A DNA stretch of 63,764 nucleotides from positions 248,001 through 311,764 of the forward strand of contig NW_027590160.1 of assembly GCF_964213995.1 (NCBI RefSeq), given 5' to 3'. A model generated the notes under the pieces. That model was not told where the DNA came from. It saw only the letters and a list, made by a program, of their open reading frames with translations, and did not search any database. Each line of letters opens with the position of its first letter. Within the stretch, counting starts at the first letter, position 1. Below are positions 1-12,150 of the stretch, piece after piece. Position numbers and translations under genes: made by a program. The stretch is from Mustelus asterias. Its lineage: Eukaryota.

Positions 1-414
1 GATAGTTTTTTTAAGGGGCAGTGTAAAGGAAACTATCTTCTGCCACACACTGTCCTGCATCGGCCTCTGATGAAACAGAGCCTTTGCTTTTTAGAATTAC
101 CTGAAACTCGGTCAGTGGCAGACCAGTTTATGAGTGAAATCACCGAGGTTCTTCTCATTCTTCACTCGCTCTGTCTCTGGATTTTATCATAAAAAGGCAG
201 AGATGAAGGTGTCTTTATACGGATTGGCCACTGGGTGGCGCAGTGACTCTTTCACTGAACGGCCTTGAGTTCAAACACATCCCGCACAGGACTGGGGGGA
301 CAGACATGTCTGGGAAAGAGGGGAAACCGTATAATATGGAATATGGGGCGGAGTTGATGGGCTTTGGAAAACGGAATTAAGCCAAGCCAGAGATGGTTAA
401 ATTTTCATTCAATA

Positions 415-420
415 TTTATT
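415..420 (-). terminator. Candidate AATAAA poly(A) signal for the membrane mu transcript
   Basis: First canonical AATAAA I see on - after the TM2 stop, about 450 nt downstream. Confidence 0.5.
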
Positions 421-872
421 TTAAAAATTCAGAGAATATTTTACAGCGACATTATTTTTTAAAGTTAGAAAAGTGAATTTAACGATCGAGCTTCACATTG
501 AGAACACAACACATGCACAGGGAATCCGTCAATATTTGTACATCTGTCACATACACCAGAAAGAGAAAACAGGACCTTAATAGAAAGAGGAATTAACAAA
601 TATGGATAAGGAATGAGAAAAGTTTCTTATTTATACATGATATTTAAACTATGGGGAAACTGTTAACCACAATTACATTATAACAAAAAATGCCTCGTGC
701 TTTTCACTCTGAAAACTGAAATACCGTCTATGATTGTCTCAGTTACAGATTCAGAATGATAAACTGAGAGAATTTTACTGATAGAGTCACCAAGAGTAGA
801 TATTGTATTTCTGTCATACGGAGATCATAATAATCAGCTGAGGGAAATCTGCAGCTTCCAAAATTCAACCCA

Positions 873-881
873 TCACTTGAT
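873..881 (-). CDS. IGHM: IgM TM2 exon coding part (Ile-Lys-stop)
   Basis: tctttcttttacAG|ATC AAG TGA gives cytoplasmic tail K-I-K, equivalent to mammalian KVK. Confidence 0.9.
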   Translation of the reverse strand: MK

Positions 882-1017
882 CTGTAAAAGAAAGATACAA
901 TAATGAAGCAGTTGTTTATGATGCGGGATATTAAAGTTAGAGTTTTTAATGGAACATTGAGAGATTTTTCAAATCCATTCTGTCAGTTTGATATGTGAGT
1001 GCATTCAATCATCTCAC

Positions 1018-1145
1018 CTTCACCAGAGTGACCGCAGTGCTGTAGAAAATGCTCAGGAAGAACAGGACAATGAATGTGGAAGCCGTTGTCCAGATGTTAC
1101 TGTTATCATCCTCATTGTCTTCAATCCAGATGCGGTCGGTGGAGT
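1018..1145 (-). CDS. IGHM: IgM transmembrane exon TM1
   Basis: 128-nt exon (acceptor ctAG 1146-1147, donor GTGAG). (D)STDRIWIEDNEDDNSNIWTTASTFIVLFFLSIFYSTAVTLVK shows the conserved antigen-receptor TM pattern. Not in the ORF track. Confidence 0.95.
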
Positions 1146-1719
1146 CTAGGGGACGGAGACCAGGATATGAAATTAGATTACTTTGTTTATCCAGGTAATC
1201 TTATTGTTATTTTTCTTTTCCCCGTTCTCCTTTTTAAACTGTTCATTTATTCTTGAACTTAATTTTCAATGTATACCTACTCTTACGCTCAGGACACTCA
1301 GTAACCGATCTCCGTAACTATTTTCACACCTGATCTTTATTGACATTCCTTGGACAGTCCATGTCAAAAAGCACTGAAGATGTTTTCTCGAAAATCAGTT
1401 GATTTTTTAACAATTCGGAACTATCCCTCATTGAAGAGTATTATCACTGATATCGAGGAACGTTCACTGATCAATGATTGTTTTCACAGATGGTTACTGA
1501 TCTGTAAACTGTGAATGTTGTTGTTTAAGAGTTGGGATGTAATTTCCGATCTGTGCTTCTTTATGGTGGAAATGTTTAGTCGATCGTGAGCTTAATTCAG
1601 TTTCTCAGCGTGTTTATCTGTTCATTGTACATTGGGATAATAAATCTGTGGATATCTCCATTAAAAAGTCACGTTTAAATTTTACTTTCATCATTTGCCT
1701 ACCGTTTGTATTGAAGATT

Positions 1720-2755
1720 TTGCATTTGTGTGCGTGTGCATGAGCATCTCGTGCTCTGCATTAATCTTTGGCTCTGAGTTAATATGTGATTATGAGTGTT
1801 AATGTGCGCGTACATTTGCCTGTGATTGTTGATTTGTGTAGTTGTGTGTCTGCATCTGTGCGCATATTTTATTCTTTTGTCATTGTGTGTATATGACTCT
1901 ATTATTGTGTGAAGTCTATGAATATATATTAATGCCATTCTTAATGCGTGCACATGTGTTTATGCCTATTGCTCTGTGTTAATTTCTGTCACTCTAATAA
2001 TGTTTCTTTCCCTTTCTGTGGAGTTGCCGGCGTTGGACTGGGGTCGGCACAGTAAGTAGTCTCACAGCACCAGGTTAAAGTCCAACAGGTTTATTTGGTT
2101 GCACGAGCTTTCGGAGCGTTGTCCCTTCATCAGGTGACTACTTACTGTTTCCCTTTCTGTGTGCGTCTGTTTCTCCATGTGTCTGTGTGCACGCCTGTTA
2201 ACATGTCAGTGTATGTATACACGTGTTGACATTCTTTATAACGGTGCGTTGATGTATATTTGTGTTTCGATGTGTAGTAATGTGTGCTATGGTGTTCTGT
2301 TCTATGAGCATGTTAATGTTTGCGTCTACATGTTTGTGTGTAAATGTTTTGCTGTCTGTTCTTCTGTATGCAGTCTGGTGATTTGTTTATATGTATTTCC
2401 ATATATGTTTGTGAATGTGTATAACGTTGTGTGTCTTTATATCTATATTCCTATCAGCGTGAACGTGTGCTAATATATGTATTTATTTGAGTCTAAGTAT
2501 GTGCTTGTGTATTTATGTGGGTCTGCATGCGTGTGTATCTGTCTGTATTGTGTCTATGCATGTATGTGTTTGTGTTTGGGTCTGTACCTACTCGCGTATG
2601 GGCATGTGTATGTACTTGTGTGTTTCATGTGTACATGTGTGCGTTTGTACATATTTGATTATGTGTGTGTATGTTGTTGTTTTAGTGTCTGTTTGTCCAA
2701 GAGCGCGTGTCTATGTGTTCGTATGTGTGTGTGTGTGTGTATGTGTCCGTCTGTA

Positions 2756-2788
<33 letters not shown>

Positions 2789-3280
2789 ATGGGTGTGTCC
2801 CTATGTATATTTGTGTACGGATGTGTTTGGGTATGGGTGTATTTTTGTGTGGGTGTATTTGTGTAAGTGTGTATTTCTGTTTGTGCATGTTTTGCCCATG
2901 AGTGCATTTGTGTGTGCATTCTTGTTTCTCTGCATGTGTGTTCGTCTGTGCAAGTATTGAGTGTACCTATGGTGTGTGAAAGTGTATCTGTTGTGTATTT
3001 GTGTGTTTCTGTGTCTGTATTTGAATGTGCCTGTCCCTATTTCTGTATATGTATGTGTGTGGGGGTATGTGTATGCGTTTGTGTGTGTATATTTACATGT
3101 GTCTTTCTGTATTTGTGTGCATATGTGTGAGTATGTGTATTTGTGTGTGTAGTTGTGCATTTGTGTCGATGTGTGTGTGTGTGTGTATGTGTGTGAGTGT
3201 GAGTGTGTGTGTGTGCGCGCTTATGTGTGTATTTATAATTGTGACAGTTTTGTGGAGTATTGTCAGTGTGTGTATTTTTT
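1720..3280. repeat. Long imperfect (TG)n low-complexity tract in the CH4-TM1 intron
   Basis: Continuous TG/TA-rich degenerate dinucleotide sequence; source of spurious Cys/Val and His/Thr ORFs. Confidence 0.9.
2017..2140 (-). mobile_element. Penelope-like element terminal fragment
   Basis: Matches the ggcgttggactgggg...aagtccaacaggtttatttgg terminus of the Penelope copy at 40939-43045. Confidence 0.7.
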
Positions 3281-4332
3281 AGCTGTTGCTCCAAGTTTCA
3301 CCGCAATCATTAACTGAAAATGATCCAAACAATACGTATAATGGAGCATATTTTCAATGTTTTGCTGTATGAATGTAGTTTATGTGAGTGGCACGGTGAT
3401 ATCAGGAGAACGAATGAAATCATTCATTGATGCATCTCGGAAACATCAGGGACAGAACAGTAAAAACCGGGGAGGATTCAATCATTTGTTTCAATTTGCA
3501 TTATGGGAAATCAATGCCAGGACATGATTAACAGGAACAAGAGTGCAGAAACATTTTTAAATTATGTTGCATAAGTATATATGCATCACATTGATTAGGA
3601 TAATGATACTTCAAACTCTGCAGCAAATAAACCAGAAGCTAATTTGTACTGTTGGCAACTGGGTTCTTCTAGTAGAGAGCTGGTCCCTTCCAAACACGTT
3701 ACTTGCGAAGAGGGAGGGAGTGAGCTCATAATTTCCCTCTCTCTACCCGGTGAAGCAATGTGCCTGATGGTTCTAACCGTTGACGAGGTGGTGGTGAGTG
3801 GATTAAATAATGACATTCCTCCTCTTTTCATTGAGGAAGTGATGGTACATGGGTTAGCTACGGCTCTCCCCTCTCTTTGTTGGGTGAGTAGGAATCCGGT
3901 ATGTTCACAATTTCACTCTCCCTCTCTCTGATGGGGGGATTGTTGCTCCATGTTTCTGTGTGACCCTCACTCCAGTTCCCAGTGGGTGTGGTGCAGCAGC
4001 TTAAAGCTGACATCAATGGTAAAGGCATGGACAACGAGAGAAGCAGGAACACCGAGATGTAAATTGTGTTTGTTTGTCAGAAATGTTGAAATTGTCAGAT
4101 TTCTCCTCAGTGGGAGGAAAGTCGGTGAAGATATTTTGCAGAATACTGCAATGAATGTGCTCTACTCTGTCTCTAACCCAGGGTGTATCTGAGCTGGGTG
4201 CATTGGTTCAACAAGGCTTGAGCCCGAGACGTGAAAATACCTGACTCAAACCAAAGATACATAGTGGAAGTAAAATTGAAAACCAATCAATTAAGCAATT
4301 GGGTATTTCATTTATCGTTGGAGGAAAACGAT

Positions 4333-4347
4333 TTTATTCTTTTTATT
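4333..4347 (-). terminator. Two AATAAA poly(A) signals for the secreted mu transcript
   Basis: TTTATT on + at 4333-4338 and 4342-4347, about 30-40 nt past the tailpiece stop. Confidence 0.75.
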
Positions 4348-4374
4348 GAAGTTTTTAATGTAACCGAGTGATTC

Positions 4375-4766
4375 TCATTGACATGAATTAACGGTGTCCA
4401 TCAGTGCAAGGGAAATGTTCACAAAACTGGGTTTACCGCTGGATTTGTCAACTGTTCTGTTGATGATCTTCAAGGGGATGGCTTCATGTCCCACCACACA
4501 GGAGTAAGAAGCACCGCTGGACCATTCCTCTGCTGCAATGGATAACAGGCTGTACATGAAGAAGGAGCTATTCCCGCTCTCCGCGACCACCTCGGTGTTC
4601 TTATAGTTCCCAGGATTCACCGGCTTGTCGTTGACGGTCCACTTGACGAAGATCTCTCGAGGGGAGAAACGTCTCACTAAGCAGCTGAGGGAGACGAATC
4701 TCTGGGCGGAGACTTCTTCTGCCGAGGGCAGGAGGACAGAGACGGACGGTTCCCGCGGATTTGGAT
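4375..4766 (-). CDS. IGHM: IgM heavy chain constant exon CH4 plus secretory tailpiece
   Basis: Acceptor ctgcAG at 4767-4768. [43 protein letters not shown]...[23 protein letters not shown]|[20 protein letters not shown]. The tailpiece has an N-I-S sequon and penultimate Cys. Internal donor G|GTAAA at 4437/4436 serves the membrane form. Confidence 0.95.
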
Positions 4767-5267
4767 CTGCAGAAAATGTACAATAAATGTCAATAAACTG
4801 GAGAATTCCGGAGAGACTGTAACCACTGGCTAGGTATCAGAAAAATGTGCTTCATTTCGATTTTAAATGTTTCCATTTTTGACTTCCAGTTTGGAGCAGA
4901 GGTGAACACAATTATTTTCTCAAATAACTCAGGGGGCTGGACTGGGAAGTTTCAGAAATTTTACAGCACAGAATCAGGCTATTCGGCCCAACTGATCGGC
5001 TTTATTTTTGTTTTTCTGGTTTTTATGCTCCACATCAGGCTCCTCCCTCGTTATTCGATCTCAACCCAATAACATCGCCTTCAGTTCACTTTTCATTCAT
5101 CAACACATCAAATTTCCCCGTAAAAATATCTACAACCCCCAGTTTTTAGTTAGTAGAGTTTCCACTCAGGGGACACCATTAATGCACTGAATACTGAATA
5201 TTGACCAGTCCACTGACACTGGAAATAGACACAGTGACGCATTTATTGCTTCAAACTCTCAGCTCAC

Positions 5268-5576
5268 CTGTTTCCTTGTGGATGGATTTTCTTAAAGGAG
5301 TCGGCAGATCCTGATGGCTCACCACGCAGTCAAACACAGCCGCACTCAGCCAGGCTTGTGTCGAGACGTTTAAGTTGCTGACCACGCTGTCAGGATCCGC
5401 TCCTGGCTTTTCGGCAATCTCTGATTTCAAATACTTCCTGTCTCGGATCCAGGACACATTGACTCCATAGGGAGCATGAGAAATGATGCAGGTTAAGGTC
5501 ACGGTCGCCTCCAATAAGACCTGTTCTATTGGCGGGGGCTGTATCGTCACTGTGGTATCAGGGCACTGGGGAGTAT
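5268..5576 (-). CDS. IGHM: IgM heavy chain constant exon CH3
   Basis: 309-nt exon, acceptor cacAG, donor [48 protein letters not shown]...[22 protein letters not shown]. Confidence 0.95.
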
Positions 5577-6024
5577 CTGTGAATGAAAAATGAAAATCAA
5601 CCCTAGTTCCCTCTTCAGAAGCAGGACAGCAGTCTTCAGCCTGAAGGAGACGAAGTTGCCTTCGATATATCAACCTCTAACTATCACCTTTCAGCCTCTA
5701 TGGAGGATGGAAAACCAGCCTGCTCTGTGAAATTATTCTCTTTTTGTTCAAGTATTTTAGCAGCGGTATCATTCTCATGAATCAACATTGCAGTATTCCC
5801 CAACAAATATAGCATTCCTGAACTCAGGAACCAAGTACTGGCAGTTAGTTTATAAGTAGGGTGGATACACTTCCCAATATTTTACCCCTATGCTGTGACC
5901 TGTGAAACAGTCCGACACCGACTGTCTCTCCAAATCTTACCGGCTGTCTCAGGAAAAAGCTGACATCAAGACCACCTCGCTTACTATGTTACTTTAAAAT
6001 GGAAGGGAACACTATTTCAAGGGG

Positions 6025-6330
6025 AGACAGTGGCATGGTGGTGTTGCCAATGGTCTTGTAACCCAGGGCACGACTCTGGGGACACAGATTCGAATCTCAC
6101 CACTGCAGATGGTGAAATTTGAATTTAGTAAAAATCTATCATTAAAAGTCAAATGATCATCATGAAGCCGTTGTTGTAAAAACCCACCTGGTTCACGAAT
6201 GCCGTTTAGAAAAGTAAATCTGTTGTCTTTATCTGGCCTGGCATGCATGTGACTCCAGATCCACAGTAACGTGGTTGACACTTAAGTGGCCTCCGGGATG
6301 GGCCACAAATGCACATCTCATGAAGGAATA
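6025..6330 (+). mobile_element. Shark tRNA-derived SINE (non-HE1 family)
   Basis: tRNA-like head (gattcgaatctcacca) plus a body (aaatctgttgtctttatctggcctggc...gtgactccaga) repeated at about 18400-18580 and 54300-54530. Confidence 0.55.
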
Positions 6331-6493
6331 ACAAAAATTGATGTTGTGATGAAGTTCTGAATGGGGCACTGTCCCAATGCAGCAAACTACATGACAATAA
6401 CTTAGAAGTTGTTCTATGCTTTGTATTAACTTTAATAGATCCCTAATTTCGATTAACAGCGGAATAATTTTTTTCTCGGTTTGAGTCTCTTAC

Positions 6494-6805
6494 CCAGAGA
6501 TCCGCTGATGTTCTGACTCTGAGTGAATCCTTGATGAGTGACCTGGCAGGTGTAGACCGCTTTGCTGAACCATTCCTGAGCGGAGACTGTCAACCGACTG
6601 CTGGCCGAGAATTTCCCGTTCACTTCACAGGCGGGAGAGGTGACAATTCCTGAATCCATGGGTTGTCCATTCTTCAGCCACTTTACCGTCATTGACTTTG
6701 GCTGGAAATCGATGATTGAACAGACGATGGTTGCAAATTTTCTGCTGGTGATTTCTTCACTGGAACTCACGGTGAGGATAACGGTTGGGGGGAGAACGCG
6801 TGGGC
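6494..6805 (-). CDS. IGHM: IgM heavy chain constant exon CH2
   Basis: 312-nt exon with AG/GT ends. (C)[46 protein letters not shown]...[16 protein letters not shown]; splices in frame with CH1 (T|GC = Cys). Confidence 0.95.
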
Positions 6806-6934
6806 CTTCAACAAACAAATGTTCAGACGTTACTTGAAGATTCAATTGACATCAATTAAATTTAGTTATTTTATTTTAGCACCATAGCTGCCGATTTGAG
6901 AATTATATCCATGGTTTGGTTGAATTGGCAGGGA

Positions 6935-7630
6935 AATGGCGAATGGAATTCAACCGTCAAAAGTGCCACACAATGCATTTGGGGAGGGAAAAAAAAGCAA
7001 GGCAATAAACTGGAATGTTAAAAGGGATTGAGGAAATGCAAGACCTTAGAGTGCATGTCCACAGGTCCTTGTAGATGGTAGGGCAGCTGGAAAAGTTGAC
7101 CAAGAAAGCATATCGGATTAGTTCCTCTATTATTGTGAGATATTGAATACAAAAACAGTGATGCAATGATGGAGCTGCATAAAACCTAGTTAGGCCACGT
7201 TTGGAGTTTGCTGTACAGTTCTGGTCACCACGTTGCAGGAATAACGTAATGACTCTGGAGAGAGATGAGGTTTACAAGAATGTTGCCAGGGACTGAAAAT
7301 TGCCGCCATGAGGCGAGATTGGATAGACAGGGTTTGTTCTCCTTAGGAAAAGAGGAGGCTGAGGCGTGACATAATTGTGGTTCACAGAATTATAAGGGAC
7401 ATAGGCTGAAATAATTCATTCCCCAAGTGGAGGGCTCAATTACCAGGGAGCATGGTCATTTAAAAGGTATCTGGGTCTGCATCTCAAGTGCTTTAACCTG
7501 CAATGCTACAGAGCAAGGGCTGGAAAATAGGCTTAACTTGTCTGGCTAGTTTATTTGTTCTCCCTTTTGGCCAGCACAGACATGATGGGTTAAATGGCCT
7601 CATTCTGCACAGTAACATTTCTATTGTTCT
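6935..7630 (+). mobile_element. Decayed CR1-type LINE 3' fragment in the CH1-CH2 intron
   Basis: Similar to the CR1 RT C-terminus copies elsewhere (aaatggcgaatggaattcaa, cagttctggtcacca). Confidence 0.75.
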
Positions 7631-7778
7631 TTGATTCTGAGCAACGTTTCAGTCAGTAGGCACTTACCTGGATTTTGCATCATTCATTTTTTTCAGAATG
7701 CTACAGATCAGTTATAACTAAGGCCTTATACAGTTCAATCGGCGAGTTCCTGTCTTGCCCAAGTTCCACAACACTTAC

Positions 7779-8078
7779 ATTGCATTCCAATGCTCTTGAC
7801 TGAGCCGCTGTGTCGAACCTCACAGTTGATTTTGCTGCACTCTCCCACTGACTGGGTGATGGTTAACTGGCTGCTCAGGGTATAGGTTCCCTTCGCGTTT
7901 CTCACTGACGGGTAAGTCTTAAATCCAGAGGTGATCAGCTGCCCATTTTTCTTCCAGGTCAGTTTGGAGACATCTGGAGAGTAGTCCATCGCCAAGCAGC
8001 CGTAGGTGATGGAGCCATCGGAGTTGTGTTGCTGACAGGAAGAACCGAGGATGTAGAGAGTGGGCGGAGACGGTGTCA
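7779..8078 (-). CDS. IGHM: IgM heavy chain constant exon CH1
   Basis: 300-nt phase 1-1 exon, acceptor ttcccAG (8079-8080), donor GTAAGT (from 7778). Translation [45 protein letters not shown]...[17 protein letters not shown] is a C1-set domain matching shark Cmu1. Confidence 0.95.
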
Positions 8079-8609
8079 CTGGGAAAGAATAGTCGATTAA
8101 ATAAGTTAGACTCTTACCTGCATTTATTAATTAATCAAACATATTTATACAAGTATGTTTCTATATTAGGTATAGCTCTTGGGGCTAAAGGGATCAGTGG
8201 ATATGGGTAGTAGGCGGGGTCAGGATATTGATGAGCCGTGATCAAAGTGAATGGTAGAGCAGGGTCAAAAGGCCGAATGGCCTCCTCCTGCTTCTATTTT
8301 TTATGTTTCAACGTCACAATTTGACTAGAATAATGAACTTAAGTTAATATTTCCCGATTAAGACCTACGCACACCTTTGAGCTTCTGTTACTCCTATCAT
8401 TTGGGAATCGCCATCTTTGTAGAAACTCACATCACTGTCTCCACCTCTATCAGATTGGAAAGACAAAAAACATTTTGATGTCATCGTAATGACATACCAT
8501 TCATTGGATTAACAGAGAAGAGTAAAGATTTTCTCCATTATTTCAAGCACTACCTATTTCTCAAACGACAGCACTTTGTGATGAATAAGTTGTCTCTTCA
8601 TTCATATCA

Positions 8610-8732
8610 TCCACTCACCTGATGAAAGAGCTCCAAAAGTTCGCAATTCCAAATAAGCCTGTTGTACTTTAACCTGGTGTTGTGAGACTCGTTACAGTGC
8701 CCACCCCAGCCTAACGCCGGCATCTCCACATT
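8610..8732 (+). mobile_element. Penelope-like terminal fragment
   Basis: ccactcacctgatgaa...aaataagcctgttg...ggcatctccacat terminus shared with 42910-43045. Confidence 0.7.
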
Positions 8733-9058
8733 GTAATTTTTGGATATTGCCTGTGTTCAAACTGACTGAATCCCCTTCCTCGCTCCAACTCACTGCCTCT
8801 CACTCCATAAAACGAAGATCAGTGACTTTCCTTCAGAAATACCTTCGGAATGAATACTTACTGAATGACCAGGAAACTCTGAATGTGATTACAAATTCAA
8901 ATAATTGCAACATTGACTAATTGAAGGGCCATACATTAATAGCAAGAGTTGGCCATTCGGACCCTGACGTCACCTCCGTTGTTCACTGAGATTACAGATG
9001 ATCTGGTTGTGGTGCTCGCTCTATTTTGCACCTCCTCACTCCGCCCGTCGATCACCCA

Positions 9059-9740
9059 CTCTCTGCACATTTTCCCCGCCTCTCTGCCCTTTCCTCTGGC
9101 TCTCTGCCATTCCCTGTGGCTCATTTCCCCTTACACCCGGCTCTCTGCGCTTCCACCTGGCTCTCTACACTTCCCTCCAGCTCTGTGCCCTCTCCCCCGG
9201 CTCTCTGCCCTTTCCCTCAGCTCCCTACCGTTTCCCCCAGCTCTCCGCCCTCTGTCCCTGCTCACTATTCTCTTTCCCCGTTCCCCCGGCTCTCTGCCCT
9301 TCCCCCCTGACTCTCTGTCTTTCCCCCTGACTCTCTGCCCTTTCCCCAGGGCTCTTTTGCACTTTTCGTCGGCTCTCGGTCCTTTCCCCGGCCTCCCTGC
9401 CCTTTATCCTGGCTCTCTCCTCTTTCCCTGATCTCTCTGCCATTTCCTCCATCTCGCTGCCTTTTCTCCTGTTTCTCTGCCCTTTCACCTGGCTCCCTGC
9501 CCTTTCCATTGGCGCTCTTTCCCATTTCTCCTGGCTCTCTGCCCTTTCTCCTGGCTCTCTGCCCTTTCCCCCGGCTCTCGGCCCTTTCCCCAGACTCTGT
9601 GCCCTCCCCCCCCCCCCCCCCCCCCCAGCTCTCTGCCCTTTACCACGCCTCCTGTTCTCCCCGGCTCTTTGCCATTGTCCTTGGCCCTGAGCCCCCAGGG
9701 ATTCCCTCCAGCTCTCCACATTCCCAGGGCAGCTCCCACA
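9059..9740. repeat. About 20-bp imperfect tandem repeat (CTCTCTGCCCTTTCCCCCGG)n, G-rich on the IgM sense strand
   Basis: Clear 20-nt periodicity over about 680 bp (about 30+ units), with a poly-C run at 9606-9626. Confidence 0.9.
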
Positions 9741-9894
9741 TTTGAACACCAAACTGCCGCTTGAGATCTTTCTTCTCTCTCGTTGCAGACCTCCACACAC
9801 AGGTTTAGCGAGTGTGAGTGAGAGAATGTGAGTGCGTGAGGGTGAGTGAGTGAATGCGAGTGAGTAAGTGGGGGGGGGGGGGGGGCGGGGGGAT

Positions 9895-10203
9895 GGTGGC
9901 ACGGTGGCACAGTGATTAGCGCTGCTGCCTCAGAGTTGGATTCCCGACTTGGGTCACTGTCTGTGTGGAGTTTGCAAGTTCCCCCCATGTCTATTTGGGT
10001 TTCATTCGGGTGCTCCTGTTTCCTCCCAAAGTCCAAATATGTGCGGGTTCGGTGGATTAGCCGTGCTAAATTGCCCCTTAGTGTCAGGGTGACTAGTTAG
10101 GGTAAATACATGTGGTTATGGGGATCGGGATTGCTGTTGGTGCAGACTCGATGGGCTGAATGGCCTCCTTCTGCACTGTAGGATCCTATGATTCTATTCT
10201 ATG
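9895..10203 (+). mobile_element. HE1/V-SINE
   Basis: ggtggcacggtggcacagtg head, V-domain ttgggtcactgtctgtgtggagtttgca, tail ctatgattcta. Confidence 0.85.
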
Positions 10204-10224
10204 ATGTCAAGGACAGACACTCTG

Positions 10225-12150
10225 ACGTATGTGAGATGGAAAGTGTGTGAGAGGGTGTTTGTGTGTGTGTGTGTGAGAGAGTGAATGTGTGGGAGGGTGC
10301 CTGTGTGTGATAGACTACGTTTGCACGTGTGTAAGACAGTGGGCTGTGCGTGCAAGAGGGGAGAGTGTGTGTGCGAGAAAGGGTGTGTGAGATAATGTGT
10401 GTGTGTGAGAGAGCATGTGTTTGAAGAGTTATTCTTTGTGTGTGATAGTGTGTCTCACCTTGAAAGTGTGTGTGTGGAGGGGCGGGGAGAATGTGTGTGG
10501 GGAGTCTGTATGAGAGAGTACTTCTGTGTGTGATTGAGTGTGTGTTTATGTGAAAAGAAGTGTGTCTATATGAGATACAGGGTGTCTGTGGAAGAGAGTG
10601 TGCGTGTGCTTGAGAAGGAGGGTCTGTGTGTGGGAGAGAGTGTTGTGTTCATGTGAAAGACAGTGTGTGCGAGAGGGAGTGCCTATTGGAAAGCAAAATA
10701 GTAGGTTCATGAGTGTGTGAAAGTGTGCATGGGATTGCGTGTGAGTGAGAAAGATGTGTACAATGTGTGTGGGAGATCGAAGCAATATGTTTGAGTGTGT
10801 GTGTGTGTGTGAGCGTGTGTGTCTGTGACAGAGAGAAAGAGTTTTTGTGTGTGAGAGAGAGACGTTGTGTGTGGTTTATGTGGGTGAGAGTGTGTCAGAC
10901 ACATGAGTGCTTTTGCACGTGTGTGAGACAGTGGTCTGTGTGTGCAAGAGGAGAGAGTGTGCGTGAGAGAAAGGATATGTGATATCGCGAATGTGTGTGT
11001 GTGAGAGAGAGAGTGTGTGTTTGAAGAGATATTCTTTATGTGTGTGAGTGTCTCTGTTCTTCAAAGTATGTGTGTGTGTGTGTGCGTGCGCGTGTGGAGG
11101 GGCGGGGAGAGTGTGTGAGCGAGAAAAAGTGTGAAAATTAGACAGAGTGGATGTGTGAGTGTGTGTGAGTGAAATAACTGTTGAGAGAAAACAGTGATAG
11201 GTGGAGTGTTTCAGAGAGATACATTGTGTATACATGTGTGTTCGTGTGTGAGAGACGGAGAGACTGTGGGCGTGTGAGAGAGAGAGTCTTTGTGAGAGAC
11301 AGTGTTTGAGAGCAAGATTGTGCGTATGTGAGATAATGTGTAAGGGAGTAAGCGTGTGAAAGAGAGAGAAATATGTGCGTGCGTGAGAGAATGCGTGTGG
11401 AAGTGTTCGTATGAGAGAGGGAGCATGTGAATGAGTGTGAGACGAAGTGAGAGTACGGGAATGTGGGAGGGATAGTGCATGTGTATTTGTGCGTGCGTGT
11501 GTGTGTGTGCGTGTGTGTGTGTGTGTTGTGTGTGTGTTGTGTGTGAGAGAGAGAGAATGTGTGCGCGAGACTGCTTATGTGAGAGACTGTGTCTGTGTGA
11601 AAGAGTGTGTGTTAGAAGGTGTGCATGTGTCTATCTTTGCGAGAGAGTGTTTGTGAGAAAGCAAGAATGTAGAGGTGTGAGATAGTGTGTGCAAGGGAGA
11701 TAGAAATATATGCATCTGTGTGTGTGTGTGTGAGAGAGAGAGATGTGTGTGCAAGAGGAATTGTGAGAGAGTGTGTGTGAATGAATGTGAGACAGCTTGA
11801 GCGTGTGTGACAGAGTGTGGGAGAGAGAGTGCATGTGCGAGAGTGTGACACTGTGCTTATGTGTGAGTGTGTGTCTGCGTGTAACAGAGAATGTGTGTGG
11901 CGGTGTGTGCGTGTGGGAGCTTTTGTGTATGGGGGTATGAGATACTGATTGAGAGAGCGAGAGGATGTATGTATTTGTTTTTGAGACAGTGTATGTAGAA
12001 CGTGAGAGAGAGAATTTGTATGGGTGTGAGAGAGAGATCGTATGAGAGAGAAAGTAAGTGTGAGTATGTATGTGTGTGTGTGAGAGAGAATATGAGAGTG
12101 TATATGTGCGTATTTATGTCTGTGAGAGCGTGTGATGTGTGTAAGTCTCT
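10225..12150. repeat. Long TG/GA low-complexity tract with internal duplications
   Basis: About 1.9 kb of degenerate (TG)n/(GA)n; blocks at about 10310-10500 and 10910-11110 are near-duplicates. Confidence 0.9.

Noticed and set aside
1699-3294. Many Cys/Val- or His/Thr-rich ORFs
   Set aside because: Translations of (TG)n low-complexity DNA; the same applies to 10546-11851.
3595-4192. Unique-looking ORFs in the CH4-TM intron (possible extra exon)
   Set aside because: Stops interrupt the frames and there is no Ig-domain Cys/Trp pattern or recognisable homology.
9059-9740. CRISPR-like array
   Set aside because: Vertebrate DNA; tandem units have no unique spacers.
8936-10036. Long Pro/Leu or Gly/Arg/Glu ORFs
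   Set aside because: Products of the 20-bp tandem repeat and the SINE.
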